The translations under genes were made by a program, and so were the position numbers. A DNA stretch of 64,000 nt from assembly GCA_963706325.1 (NCBI GenBank), contig CAVPLT010000001.1:512001-576000 (forward strand). The letters run 5' to 3'. The notes beneath the pieces are model-generated. The model searched no databases. It was given only the letters and a program-made list of their open reading frames with translations, and was not told where the DNA came from. How positions within the stretch are numbered: position 1 is the stretch's first letter; each line of letters begins with the position of its first letter. This stretch comes from an uncultured Nitrospiraceae bacterium. GTDB taxonomy: Bacteria > Nitrospirota > Nitrospiria > Nitrospirales > Nitrospiraceae. Shown piece by piece: positions 8,764 to 21,028 of this stretch.

Positions 8764-9894
8764 ATGAAGGTACGAATCGGGCGAGAGGAACTATTGACGG
8801 GCCTGCAACGGGTGCAGGGGGTCGTCGAAAAGCGGAACACCATGCCGATCCTCTCGAACATTCTGTTGGAAGCCAAACACGAGGGCGCTGAGATTGTGGC
8901 GACCGACTTGGAGATCGGGATGCGGGGCCTCTACAAAGCGACGGTCCTGGAGGCCGGCGGCGTCACCATTTCTGCGCGCAAGTTATATGAGATCATCAAA
9001 GAATTGCCCAATGGTGAAATCGAACTCACCTCGGGCGATAACAACTGGACCACGATTCAAGCCGGAAAGAGTCAGTTCAAAGTCGTCGGCCTTCCCAGCG
9101 GCGATTATCCTGCGTTGCCTTCCATTGAGCGGGAAGGCCTGACACCGCTGGCCGGTGCGGGGTTGTTGGAATTAATCCGCAAAACCCTATTCGCCGCCGG
9201 AGACAATGATGCTCGATATATTCTGAACGGCCTGCTGGTAAGCCTGACGACCACTGAAAATAAAACCACCCTGTTGCGCCTCGTCGGCACCGACGGTCAT
9301 CGCTTGGCGGTGGCGGAGCGCGAGGTCGGAACGGCCGGAGCCAAGCAACCGGCGCAAGACATCAAAGCGATCATTCCGAAGAAGGCCGCCCAGGAAATGA
9401 AGCGCCTTCTGGAAGAAGGAGGCGACGCCGAGCCGTTGATCGGTTTCACGAAAAACCTCATGATTTTTCGAAAGAGCGGTCTCCTTCTCACTTCTCGCCT
9501 GATGGAAGGCAACTACCCGAACTATCAGCAGGTGGTGCCGAAAGAAAGCGGTCGGCGCATCGCGGCGAACCGGGGACTGCTGGAAAGCGCCTTACGACGG
9601 GTATCGGTGCTGTCGAAGGACAAGGCCAACGCCGTCAAGGTGACCTTTTCGCCAGGCGGCATGACACTCTTCTCGAGTAATCCGGATTATGGAGAAGCCA
9701 CGGAAGAACTGGTGGCCCAATACGAAGGCGAGGCGCTCAACACCGGATTTAACGCCCGTTACCTCCTGGACGCCCTCAGCGTCATGGATGGAGAATCGGT
9801 CTCGTTACAAATGGACACCGCATTGAGTCCCTGTCTGATCCAGGAAGCCGAGAGTCCGGGATTCAAGTGCGTGGTCATGCCGATCAAGATCTAG
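8764..9894 (+). CDS. dnaN: DNA polymerase III beta clamp
   Basis: PILSNILL, ATDLEI, GTDGHRLA, GFNARYLLD, VVMP; follows dnaA. Confidence 0.99.
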   Translation: MKVRIGREELLTGLQRVQGVVEKRNTMPILSNILLEAKHEGAEIVATDLEIGMRGLYKATVLEAGGVTISARKLYEIIKELPNGEIELTSGDNNWTTIQAGKSQFKVVGLPSGDYPALPSIEREGLTPLAGAGLLELIRKTLFAAGDNDARYILNGLLVSLTTTENKTTLLRLVGTDGHRLAVAEREVGTAGAKQPAQDIKAIIPKKAAQEMKRLLEEGGDAEPLIGFTKNLMIFRKSGLLLTSRLMEGNYPNYQQVVPKESGRRIAANRGLLESALRRVSVLSKDKANAVKVTFSPGGMTLFSSNPDYGEATEELVAQYEGEALNTGFNARYLLDALSVMDGESVSLQMDTALSPCLIQEAESPGFKCVVMPIKI

Positions 9895-9910
9895 CAACAC
9901 ATGCCGTTAC

Positions 9911-10035
9911 ACAGGATGCCTAAAATGGCCGTTCGACAAGGCCGCTGCGAGTGGGGGGCTGAGGCGTATCCGTGCGGTACGTTGAGGGCCTGCGCGATGC
10001 GCGAATGCCGCCGGTGGACATTTGCGGGATTCTGT
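9911..10035 (+). mobile_element. MITE-like structured repeat, copy A
   Basis: ACAGGATGCCTAAAATGGCC...GGCCGC...GAGGCGTA...GTACGTTGAG...GGACATTTGCGGGATTCTGT; imperfect terminal IRs; shares core blocks with copies B-D. Confidence 0.7.
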
Positions 10036-10045
10036 TAGGAGTTGA

Positions 10046-12549
<2,504 letters not shown>

Positions 12550-12593
12550 CAAATCCTGCTCTAACAGCAGGGAACTTGTTTCTGTGCATTCGA

Positions 12594-12717
12594 CAGGATG
12601 CTCAAAATGGTCATCCGGCGCGGCCGCAGGCGAGAGAGGCCCGGAGGCGTACTCTCGCGGGTACGTTGAGGACTCCTTGATCCGAGAACGAAGCTGGGGA
12701 CCACTTTCAGCATCCGT
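12594..12717 (+). mobile_element. MITE-like structured repeat, copy B
   Basis: CAGGATGCTCAAAATGGTC...GGCCGCAG...GAGGCGTAC...GTACGTTGAG...CGAGAACGAAGCTGG...GACCACTTTCAGCATCC. Confidence 0.75.
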
Positions 12718-12731
12718 GACGTGGAGGATAG

Positions 12732-15191
12732 ATGCCGCCAGATGAACGCCTAGGACAGATTGCGATCGAAGACGAGATGCGCTCGTCCTATCTCGACTAT
12801 GCGATGAGTGTGATCGTCGGGCGCGCGCTACCCGATGTGCGGGACGGCCTCAAGCCGGTGCATCGACGGATTTTGCACGGCATGAATGAAATGGGGCTCG
12901 CCGCGAATCGGCCCTATCGCAAGTCGGCCAAGATCGTCGGCGAGATCATGGGTAATTACCATCCCCATGGAGACTCGGCGATCTACGACACACTCGTGCG
13001 CATGGCGCAGAACTTCAACATGCGCTACATGCTGGTCGACGGACAGGGAAACTACGGCTCGATGGACGGCGATGCCGCAGCGGCCATGCGGTACACCGAA
13101 GCGCGTTTGACCAAATTGGCCGAAGAACTGCTGGCGGATATTGATAAGGAGACGGTCGATTTCGGGCCCAATTACGACGAGTCTCTCGTAGAGCCGCTTG
13201 TCCTGCCCTCCAAGGTGCCGAATCTTCTGGTCAACGGCGCGGGCGGCATCGCGGTCGGCTATGCTACGAACATTCCCACGCACAATCTGGGCGAGGTCAT
13301 CGAAGGACTGCTCCTGCTGCTTGATGATCCCGAGGTCACTATTGCCCAGTTGATGAAGAAAATACCCGGCCCTGATTTCCCAACGGCCGGATTTATTTAC
13401 GGGACCGCCGGAATCAAAGACGCCTATGAGACCGGACGCGGGTTACTGACCGTCCGTGCTAAGGTCGCCATCGAGACGGATGAACGCACCGACCGGGAAC
13501 GACTCATCGTCACGGAAATTCCCTATCAGGTGAACAAGTCGAAGCTGATCGAGAAGATCGCCGATCTGGCGCAGGAAGATCGCGTGACGGGTATCTCCGA
13601 CATCCGCGACGAGTCGGATCGTGAGGGCGTTCGCGTGGTGATCGAGCTGAAACGGAATGAGATTCCCCTCGTGGTCCTGAATAACCTCTATAAACATAGT
13701 CAGTTGCAGACCACGTTCGGTGTGAACATGCTGGCGTTGGTCAATAATCGGCCGGAAGTGCTGAACCTCAAGCGGATTCTCGTCGCCTTCGTTGAGCATC
13801 GGCGCGAGGTCGTCGTGCGGCGGACGTCTTATGATCTTCGCAAGGCGGAGGAACGCGCCCATATCCTTGAAGGCCTCAAGATCGCGCTGGATAATCTGGA
13901 TGCCGTCATCGCCCTCATCCGGCGCTCGCAATCTCCGGATGTCGCCCGCACCGGCTTGATGCAACAGTTTCAGTTGTCGGAACTGCAGGCGAACGCCATT
14001 CTGGAGATGCGCCTGCAGCGGCTCACCCAGCTGGAGCGCAATAAGCTGATCGAGGAGTATCGCGAGGTACTGAAGCAGATTGAATATCTGCGGTCGATCC
14101 TGGGCAGCGAGGCGCTGGTGCGCCAAATCATCCGCAATGAATTGACCGAGATCAAAGACAAGTATCAGGACGAGCGTCGCACGAAGATCGTGAAGGAAGA
14201 AGCCGAGCTGACGCTCGAGGACCTGATCGCCGAAGAAGAAGTGGTGGTCACGATTACGCACACCGGCTACATCAAGCGAAATGCGGTCACCCTCTATCGT
14301 GCGCAACGGCGAGGGGGCAAAGGCAAGATCGCGATGGGCATTAAAGAAGAGGATTTCGTCGAAACCCTCTTCACTGCGTCCACGCACGATTCTCTGCTGT
14401 TCTGTACCGATGCCGGCAAGGTCTATTGGCTCAAGGTGCACGAAATTCCCGAGGCGAGTCGAGCTGCAAAGGGAAAAGCGCTGGTAAACCTTTTGGCCCT
14501 CTCGAAGGACGAGAAAGTCACGGCCTCGCTTCCGGTAAAAGAATTCCGTGCGGATCGCTTTATCATCATGGCGACCAAGCTGGGCATCATTAAAAAGACC
14601 GAATTGTCGGCCTATAGCAATCCGCGCCAGGGCGGCATTATCGCGCTCACGCTCGATCCGGGTGACAAGCTGATCGGGGTCGATTTGACCGATGGCCAGC
14701 GAGAAATTCTGTTAGGCACCAAACAAGGCATTACCATTCGCTTCAAAGAGGAAGATGTGCGGCCCATGGGCCGTACCGCCCACGGTGTGCGTGGGATCAC
14801 GCTGGAGTCCGGCGACGAGGTCATTGGGATGGAGACCATCACGCCAGACTCGACGACCGCGATCCTGACCGTGACTGAATGCGGTTATGGGAAGCGGACA
14901 CCGGTGAACGAATACCGCGTGCAGGGACGCGGCGGGAAAGGCATTATCAGCGTCAAGACGACGGAGCGCAACGGACCGGCGGTCGGGTTCCTCCAAGTCC
15001 GTGATGAAGATGAAATCATGTTGATGGCGGCTCAGGGAAAAGTACTGCGCTGTAAGGTGGACGACATCCGCGAAATCGGACGCAATACCCAAGGCGTCCG
15101 CTTGCTGGATATGGATGGCGATGAAGATCGCGTGGTCGCCGTGGCGCGTCTGGTCGAACGTGAAGAAGCGATGCCCGACGAAGGTGAATAG
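12732..15191 (+). CDS. gyrA: DNA gyrase subunit A
   Basis: YHPHGD, AAMRYTE, GyrA box QRRGGKG, beta-pinwheel repeats. Confidence 0.99.
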   Translation: MPPDERLGQIAIEDEMRSSYLDYAMSVIVGRALPDVRDGLKPVHRRILHGMNEMGLAANRPYRKSAKIVGEIMGNYHPHGDSAIYDTLVRMAQNFNMRYMLVDGQGNYGSMDGDAAAAMRYTEARLTKLAEELLADIDKETVDFGPNYDESLVEPLVLPSKVPNLLVNGAGGIAVGYATNIPTHNLGEVIEGLLLLLDDPEVTIAQLMKKIPGPDFPTAGFIYGTAGIKDAYETGRGLLTVRAKVAIETDERTDRERLIVTEIPYQVNKSKLIEKIADLAQEDRVTGISDIRDESDREGVRVVIELKRNEIPLVVLNNLYKHSQLQTTFGVNMLALVNNRPEVLNLKRILVAFVEHRREVVVRRTSYDLRKAEERAHILEGLKIALDNLDAVIALIRRSQSPDVARTGLMQQFQLSELQANAILEMRLQRLTQLERNKLIEEYREVLKQIEYLRSILGSEALVRQIIRNELTEIKDKYQDERRTKIVKEEAELTLEDLIAEEEVVVTITHTGYIKRNAVTLYRAQRRGGKGKIAMGIKEEDFVETLFTASTHDSLLFCTDAGKVYWLKVHEIPEASRAAKGKALVNLLALSKDEKVTASLPVKEFRADRFIIMATKLGIIKKTELSAYSNPRQGGIIALTLDPGDKLIGVDLTDGQREILLGTKQGITIRFKEEDVRPMGRTAHGVRGITLESGDEVIGMETITPDSTTAILTVTECGYGKRTPVNEYRVQGRGGKGIISVKTTERNGPAVGFLQVRDEDEIMLMAAQGKVLRCKVDDIREIGRNTQGVRLLDMDGDEDRVVAVARLVEREEAMPDEGE

Positions 15192-15233
15192 GCCCTCTGC
15201 CGGTAGCACGGAGTGTAGTCGGCTCTTCTGATC

Positions 15234-15854
15234 ATGGCCATGAACCACTCGACTTCGCCGCCGGCCGGGGCAACGGCCGGAGTCCGCACCAAGCGTCCTC
15301 TCGATACAGTCGTGAAAATGGCGTTGGGCGTCCTGTTCGGGTCGTTCGCGCTGATCTGGGGCGGGATGTTTCTCAGCCGGCCGGACCGTTCGATTCCTCC
15401 CTATAGCATCGGGTCTCAGGAACGCACATTGGTCGCTGTTCACGTCCCATCCTGGACCAGCGATACGGAAATTCAGACGTTGATCGAGCGGTTCAGGAAA
15501 GTCGCCGGTGAAAGTCGGAACTTTGGTAGCATGAAGATTCACCCTACCACCCCTGACGATCCCCAGGGCCGGTATCAACACATGGCGGTGTATATCTTCA
15601 CCGATGAAGGCTGGACCGAACCGGAAGTCCTCCACAAATACGTGATCGGCGAAGATGCGAAGGTGCGAGAGGGATTCGAAGGGTCTTTACGGGGTTTCTA
15701 TCGACTTGATGGGCAGGAAGAGGAAGGTCGTATGGGGCCTATCCTCCGAGGAAAAGACACCGCCGCGACGGCAGCCTACTCCCGACAGCTGTTCAAGGGG
15801 CCTGTCGTGGCGGCTGAGAGGGTCGATCCGACTGGCTCAAGGTCTGAACCATGA
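15234..15854 (+). CDS. Hypothetical membrane-anchored protein
   Basis: Single N-terminal TM helix (MALGVLFGSFALIWGGMFL); 206 aa. Confidence 0.7.
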   Translation: MAMNHSTSPPAGATAGVRTKRPLDTVVKMALGVLFGSFALIWGGMFLSRPDRSIPPYSIGSQERTLVAVHVPSWTSDTEIQTLIERFRKVAGESRNFGSMKIHPTTPDDPQGRYQHMAVYIFTDEGWTEPEVLHKYVIGEDAKVREGFEGSLRGFYRLDGQEEEGRMGPILRGKDTAATAAYSRQLFKGPVVAAERVDPTGSRSEP

Positions 15855-16296
15855 CGGCGGTCAGGCGGTCGCGGAGCGTCTGATCCTGTATGCCTTTCGT
15901 GTGCAGTGTCGCTTCGTTGAGCAGCTCGGCGGACGCTTGGCGGGGGGGCGGTTCTTGGTTGGTGACTTCCGCTACGGTTACATGGTCCGAGGCGAACTCG
16001 CCAATGCGTAAGACGATCTCCGTGACCAGCGACTCCCCTGCCATCGTATTCACCTTCTGCAGCAGGACCGGCTTGAGAAAGGTGAGCTGCTGAAGCCACA
16101 CGGAGTTGTGTACAAAGATCGTGAGCTTCTTGAATCGAATCTGGTCAGGCCGCGTGTGAGTTGCGATCGGCTCTCCCACGATGTCGGGCCATTGCCGGCG
16201 GAGGCGCGCTTCGAATAGCTTGCTTTCCAGCCCCAACCTGGGGGCGAGAACGGCTAGGATGGCGCCAAATGAATCGAGCCTGCTCTGTCCTCTCAT
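15793..16296 (-). CDS. dciA: DciA/DUF721 replicative helicase loader-like protein
   Basis: WPDIVGEPIATHTRP...LTIFVHNSVWLQQL...LLQKVN; near the dnaA-gyr cluster. Confidence 0.8.
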   Translation of the reverse strand: MRGQSRLDSFGAILAVLAPRLGLESKLFEARLRRQWPDIVGEPIATHTRPDQIRFKKLTIFVHNSVWLQQLTFLKPVLLQKVNTMAGESLVTEIVLRIGEFASDHVTVAEVTNQEPPPRQASAELLNEATLHTKGIQDQTLRDRLTAVMVQTLSQSDRPSQPPRQAP

Positions 16297-16348
16297 GGCG
16301 CGATCATAACAAAAAGCGCTCGATAGAAATAGCGCGGACGAGTGTCAT

Positions 16349-16828
16349 ATGAAGAAAACTCACGACAAAGAAGATCAATACAAAGTGGTGGCCACCAATC
16401 GGAAGGCCTACCACGACTATTTTATCGAAGAGAAGTTCGAGGCCGGGGTCATCCTGCGGGGGACCGAGGTGAAATCATTGCGGGAAGGACGCGTCAATCT
16501 GCAAGACAGTTACGCGTCGCTCGATGGCGATGAAATCTATCTGCAGCATTGCCATATCAGCCCATACTCGCATGGGAATCTTTCGAATCATGATCCCCTA
16601 CGCAAACGAAAACTCCTGCTGCATCGTAAGGAAATCAACAAGCTGATGGGGAAGACTCAACTCAAGGGTCTGACCATCGTCCCGTTGCGTATCTATTTCT
16701 CGAAACGCGGGCTCGCGAAGGTGGAGCTGGCACTTGCGAAGGGGAAAAAGCAATATGACCGCCGAGCAACCATCAAGGCGCGTGAAGCCGGCCGCGAAGT
16801 TGAACGGGCGATTAAAGAAAGGAAGTGA
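16349..16828 (+). CDS. smpB: SsrA-binding protein
   Basis: NRKAYHDY, EAGVILRGTEVKS, RKRKLLLH, GKKQYDRR. Confidence 0.98.
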   Translation: MKKTHDKEDQYKVVATNRKAYHDYFIEEKFEAGVILRGTEVKSLREGRVNLQDSYASLDGDEIYLQHCHISPYSHGNLSNHDPLRKRKLLLHRKEINKLMGKTQLKGLTIVPLRIYFSKRGLAKVELALAKGKKQYDRRATIKAREAGREVERAIKERK

Positions 16829-17079
16829 ATCTCAGCTTCCGCCGCCGTCTCTCTCCCGGATATCTCAAGCCCTCTCGAACAGACGTTCTCCCGTCTTCCC
16901 TCCGTAGAGATGGTTGCACATCCTCCTAGATCATCTTCCCATGTGTGTCTGGCGATGGCTGCCTGCGCCTGCGGGATTGAATTGCTGACGGGTCGCATGT
17001 GTCATTTGCTCGGCGCAGCCGTATAAGATACTGACAAAGCAGGATAAAATTGGTTGTGCTTCCCGACGTCCCTTTCCAC

Positions 17080-17110
17080 TTGATTTAGTCCTAACCAGAA
17101 CTATTATACT
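17080..17110 (+). promoter_or_regulatory. Putative promoter with a spacer-filling dyad operator
   Basis: TTGATT(17080)-TAGTCC-N6-GAACTA-T-TATACT(17105); heads the doxX-pirin operon. Confidence 0.45.
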
Positions 17111-17198
17111 AGGGTCGGCGTGAAGAAGGAATGTGAGGATGGAAGGTTGATGAAAGAATCCGGCTTGTATGATGGTTCACAGTCAGAGGAGGTGCGTG

Positions 17199-17648
17199 GT
17201 GAAACATTTCTTTGCGACAGATGAGAGCTGGTCAGGATTGATCCTGCGGCTGACACTCGGCCTAGTGATGTTTCCACACGGGGCGCAAAAGCTCCTTGGC
17301 TGGTTTGGGGGCTCTGGGTTCGAGGGCACCATGGGGTTCTTCACTCAGAAGATGGGCCTGCCTTGGATCATCGCGTTCCTAGTCATCATGGGTGAGTTTT
17401 TCGGCAGCCTCTGGTTGCTCGCCGGTTTCCTGACGCGTTTCACTGCTGCCAGCTTTATCGTGATTATGCTCGGGGCGATCGTGACCACGCATTTGAAGGT
17501 AGGATTCTTCATGAACTGGTTTGGGCAACAACAGGGAGAAGGTTATGAGTACCATCTGTTGATGATCGGCATCGGTCTCGCGCTGTTAATGACGGGTGCC
17601 GGTAAATGGTCGATAGATCGACTCATTGGGGCAAAGGTGGAGAAATAG
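17199..17648 (+). CDS. DoxX-family membrane protein
   Basis: HGAQKLLGWFGG, GYEYHLL, GAGKWSID; start placed after SD GAGGAGG. Confidence 0.9.
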   Translation: MKHFFATDESWSGLILRLTLGLVMFPHGAQKLLGWFGGSGFEGTMGFFTQKMGLPWIIAFLVIMGEFFGSLWLLAGFLTRFTAASFIVIMLGAIVTTHLKVGFFMNWFGQQQGEGYEYHLLMIGIGLALLMTGAGKWSIDRLIGAKVEK

Positions 17649-17688
17649 GCCTCGGATGAGGCGGAAGACTCGCGAAAGGGGTGGAACT

Positions 17689-18435
17689 ATGAGCACGGTC
17701 GGGACACAGCCTACTGAAATCCAGATCCGTCGAGCCCACGAACGTTTCCACACGGAGGCCGGATGGCTCGACTCGTGGCACAGCTTCAGCTTTTCGAACC
17801 ACTACGACCCGGCCAATACCCACCATGGGCTGTTGCTGGTGAACAACGACGATAGGGTAAAGGCCGGTACTGGCTTTCGCACGCACCCGCACCAGGATAT
17901 GGAAATTGTCACGTGGGTGCTGGACGGGGAGTTGGAACATAAAGATTCCGAAGGGAACAATGGGATTATCTATCCGGGGCTCGCACAGCGGATGAGTGCC
18001 GGAACCGGCATCTGGCATTCGGAAATGAACCCCAAGGCCGACAAGGACGTGCATTTCATTCAAATGTGGGTTGTACCCGACACTCAGAGGATTGCTCCCG
18101 GTTATGAACAGCTCGACATCAATAAGTATCTGGCGAAGGGAGGGCTCGTCCCAATTGCCTCGGGGAAGGGACACGATAGCGCCATCTCGATTCGACAGAA
18201 AGGAGCGGTTCTCTGGGGCGGCCGACTTCTACCGGGAGAAACCGTCGTGCTGCCGGACAACGCGCACGTTCACCTGTTTGTGGCGAAAGGGTCCGGACAT
18301 CTGGAGGGGGCTGGGAGCCTACACAGAGGCGATGCCGTTCGACTCACCGCAGCGGGAGCGCGGAAACTGACGGCGGACGGGATCACGGGAGCTGAAGTGC
18401 TGCTCTGGGAAAGTGAAGGAACGGCGTCATTCTAG
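17689..18435 (+). CDS. Pirin-family protein (YhhW-like)
   Basis: HSFSF, GFRTHPHQDMEI, HKDS, MSAGTGIWHSE. Confidence 0.92.
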   Translation: MSTVGTQPTEIQIRRAHERFHTEAGWLDSWHSFSFSNHYDPANTHHGLLLVNNDDRVKAGTGFRTHPHQDMEIVTWVLDGELEHKDSEGNNGIIYPGLAQRMSAGTGIWHSEMNPKADKDVHFIQMWVVPDTQRIAPGYEQLDINKYLAKGGLVPIASGKGHDSAISIRQKGAVLWGGRLLPGETVVLPDNAHVHLFVAKGSGHLEGAGSLHRGDAVRLTAAGARKLTADGITGAEVLLWESEGTASF

Positions 18436-18581
18436 TTCACGGCAGAGCTAAGGTCAGCGCCTGATAGGGCAGCGGTCCTCGGCATAGTCAGCCTGTGGGG
18501 TGGCGGCGCGTGTGTATTTGAAGGCAAGCCGCGTTAAGCTGCATAGTCAGTACAACTATCTGCAACGGAAGGAGATGAACG

Positions 18582-19478
18582 ATGAACCAGCAGGCGCTGA
18601 GTGCGGTCGCCGCGACGAAAGAGCTCATCGGAATTTATCAAGCAGGGTCGCGCCATATGGTCGGGGACGGGTTTCCGGTCCGCAACATGATTCCAGGCGC
18701 CGGGATCGACGAACAGTTGTCGCCGTTTTTGCTCTTGGATTACCTTGGTCCGGAGCAGTTTCCACCGACGACTCGGCAGCCCGGTGTGGGCGAGCACCCG
18801 CATCGTGGATTTGAGACGGTCACGATCATGTATCACGGCAAAGTGGCGCATCGTGATTCGACCGGGAGCGGAGGTGTCATTGGTCCGGGCGATGTGCAGT
18901 GGATGACTGCCGCATCCGGTATTGTGCATGAGGAACTGCACGAAAAAGGATTTGCCACACAGGGGGGGCTGTTGGAGGGCATCCAGCTGTGGGTGAATCT
19001 TCCCAAAGCGGTCAAGATGTCGCCCCCCCGGTATCAGACGCTGGTAAACAGTGACATCCCTTCAGTCGATCTCGGGGGAGGAGCGGGCCGGCTGCGTGTG
19101 ATCGCTGGAGAGTTTCGCGGCGTGAAAGGTCCAGCAAAGACGTTCAGTCCAGTCCACCTGTATGACCTGCAGCTGAAGGCGGGGCACCATGCTGAACTGT
19201 TCTTGCCGGAGGGGTTCAATTCTTCGCTGTTCGTCATGCATGGGCGGGTCGCGCTGAATGGGTCTCAGGTCGTGCGGGAAGTGGAAATCGCACTCTTCGG
19301 ACAGAAAGGCGAACGGCTGTCCCTCGAAGCCAAGGAAGACGCAACCATCCTCGTGTTGAGCGGGGAGCCGATTCGTGAGCCGATCGCCCGATACGGCCCG
19401 TTCGTCATGAACCAGCGCGACGAACTGGTGCAGGCTGCGCGTGATTACCAAGCAGGCAAGATGGGACATTTGTCATGA
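18582..19478 (+). CDS. Pirin-family protein
   Basis: HPHRGFETVT, HRDS, WMTAASGIVHEE, YGPFVMN. Confidence 0.93.
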   Translation: MNQQALSAVAATKELIGIYQAGSRHMVGDGFPVRNMIPGAGIDEQLSPFLLLDYLGPEQFPPTTRQPGVGEHPHRGFETVTIMYHGKVAHRDSTGSGGVIGPGDVQWMTAASGIVHEELHEKGFATQGGLLEGIQLWVNLPKAVKMSPPRYQTLVNSDIPSVDLGGGAGRLRVIAGEFRGVKGPAKTFSPVHLYDLQLKAGHHAELFLPEGFNSSLFVMHGRVALNGSQVVREVEIALFGQKGERLSLEAKEDATILVLSGEPIREPIARYGPFVMNQRDELVQAARDYQAGKMGHLS

Positions 19479-20116
19479 CCGATCAGGCCCTCACGATCGA
19501 CGTGTATTCGGATGTGGTCTGCCCTTGGTGTTACATCGGCAAGCGGCGGTTGGAACAGGCGCTGGATACGGTGCAGAAACGAAACTCCGCCCGTGTGATC
19601 TGGCGCCCGTTTCAGCTCAACCCGACCATGCCGAAGGCCGGGATGGACCGTCGCGTCTATCTTGAAGCGAAGTTCGGCGGTCCCGGCGAGCTGAAGGCCA
19701 TTCAGGATCGCGTCGCCGCCGTTGGGACAAGTACAGGCATCGACTTCGCGTTCGACCGCATTAAGCGGACGCCCAATACGTTCGATGCGCACCGCGTGAT
19801 CCGGTTCGCGCGGCAGCAGGCTCATCAGGATGAAGTGGTCGAAGAACTGTTTCGCGGCTACTTGACTGAGGGCCTCAATATAGGGGGAGCCGAAGTGCTG
19901 ATCTCTCTCGCAGCGCGCGCCGGACTGGACAGTGACAAGGTCGGCCGGTTGCTACAAAGCGAGGATGGTATCGACGCCGTGCGACAGGAAGAGGCGCGCG
20001 GACATCAGCTAGGGATTAGAGGCGTTCCCTACTTCGTGTTGAATGGGAACAGCACCGTGTCGGGTGCGCAGCCGGTGGAGACATTCGTCTCTGAGATCGA
20101 GCGGGCCACCCGTTGA
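19475..20116 (+). CDS. DsbA/FrnE-family oxidoreductase
   Basis: SDVVCPWCYIGKRR, GVPYF, GAQP. Confidence 0.92.
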   Translation: MTDQALTIDVYSDVVCPWCYIGKRRLEQALDTVQKRNSARVIWRPFQLNPTMPKAGMDRRVYLEAKFGGPGELKAIQDRVAAVGTSTGIDFAFDRIKRTPNTFDAHRVIRFARQQAHQDEVVEELFRGYLTEGLNIGGAEVLISLAARAGLDSDKVGRLLQSEDGIDAVRQEEARGHQLGIRGVPYFVLNGNSTVSGAQPVETFVSEIERATR

Positions 20117-20128
20117 GGAGGAGCATAG

Positions 20129-20572
20129 ATGGCTGTTCAGGTATATGGATGCAACCACATCGTTATCGAAGTCACCGATGCCAAAAAAGCCGTGAAGTTT
20201 TATGAGGATGTCTTCGGATTACAAATGCTGCGCGGCGGCGAAGGCGCCGCCTGGTGCAAACTTGGCGAGCATCAATTCATGGCCATTTTCGAGGTGGAGC
20301 AGCTGCAGCCGGATCGAGTGAAACACTTTGGTCTGATGGTCCGGGACGCACGGCAGATCAAGGAAGTCCGGCGTAAACTCACGCAGAAATATAAGTTGAA
20401 GCTGCATCCTGATTTTCGATGCGATTTCAGTGATCCCTGGGGCAACCGTATTCAGGTTGGAGACTTAAGCGACGAGTCGCTCGTATGGCTTCTTCCTTAT
20501 CAGGAAGTGCAGAAGACCGGACTCACCTTTTCCACAACGCCACGTGTATCATCACGAAAGGAGACAACATGA
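20129..20572 (+). CDS. VOC/glyoxalase-family protein
   Basis: NHIVIEV..FYEDVFG, HFGL, DPWGNRI. Confidence 0.85.
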   Translation: MAVQVYGCNHIVIEVTDAKKAVKFYEDVFGLQMLRGGEGAAWCKLGEHQFMAIFEVEQLQPDRVKHFGLMVRDARQIKEVRRKLTQKYKLKLHPDFRCDFSDPWGNRIQVGDLSDESLVWLLPYQEVQKTGLTFSTTPRVSSRKETT

Positions 20573-20943
20573 GCACCACAAATCTATCCCAACGCCTGCA
20601 AGGACTCTTGACCTCGATTCAGCAGGGGAAGATTATGGAAGCCATGACAGAGTTCTATGATACGGACACGGTGATGCAGGACAATGCCAATCCACCGACG
20701 AAAGGGCTCGCCGCCAACATCGAGCGCGAGAAGCAGTTTTTAAATGGCGTCAAGGAGTGGAAAGGGTTTCACGTCGTGGCTTCCGGCGTCGGCGACGATG
20801 CCACGTTCTATGAATGTGTCATGGAATTCATTGCGACCAATGGTCAGCCCGTGCGCATGGAACAGGTGTCCGCAGCCAAATGGAAGAACGGCAAGATCGT
20901 CCAGGAGCGATTTTATTACGACACGGCAAAACAGGGATCGTAA
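20569..20943 (+). CDS. SnoaL/NTF2-like protein
   Basis: EFY...GLAANIEREKQF...WKNGKIVQERFYY; SD AAGGAG, ATGA overlap. Confidence 0.8.
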   Translation: MSTTNLSQRLQGLLTSIQQGKIMEAMTEFYDTDTVMQDNANPPTKGLAANIEREKQFLNGVKEWKGFHVVASGVGDDATFYECVMEFIATNGQPVRMEQVSAAKWKNGKIVQERFYYDTAKQGS

Positions 20944-21028
20944 CGATACGAGTGAAGGGCGGGAGCTGCGGGGCAATAAGCCTCCGGCTCCTCCCCGCGG
21001 TGTGTGAGCGAGTCTCATAAGGAGTCGC

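Noticed and set aside
20955..21005. GCAATAAGCCTCCGG resembles part of a c-di-GMP-I riboswitch
   Set aside because: No GGCAAA/GAAA P2 stem; it reads as a simple intergenic hairpin
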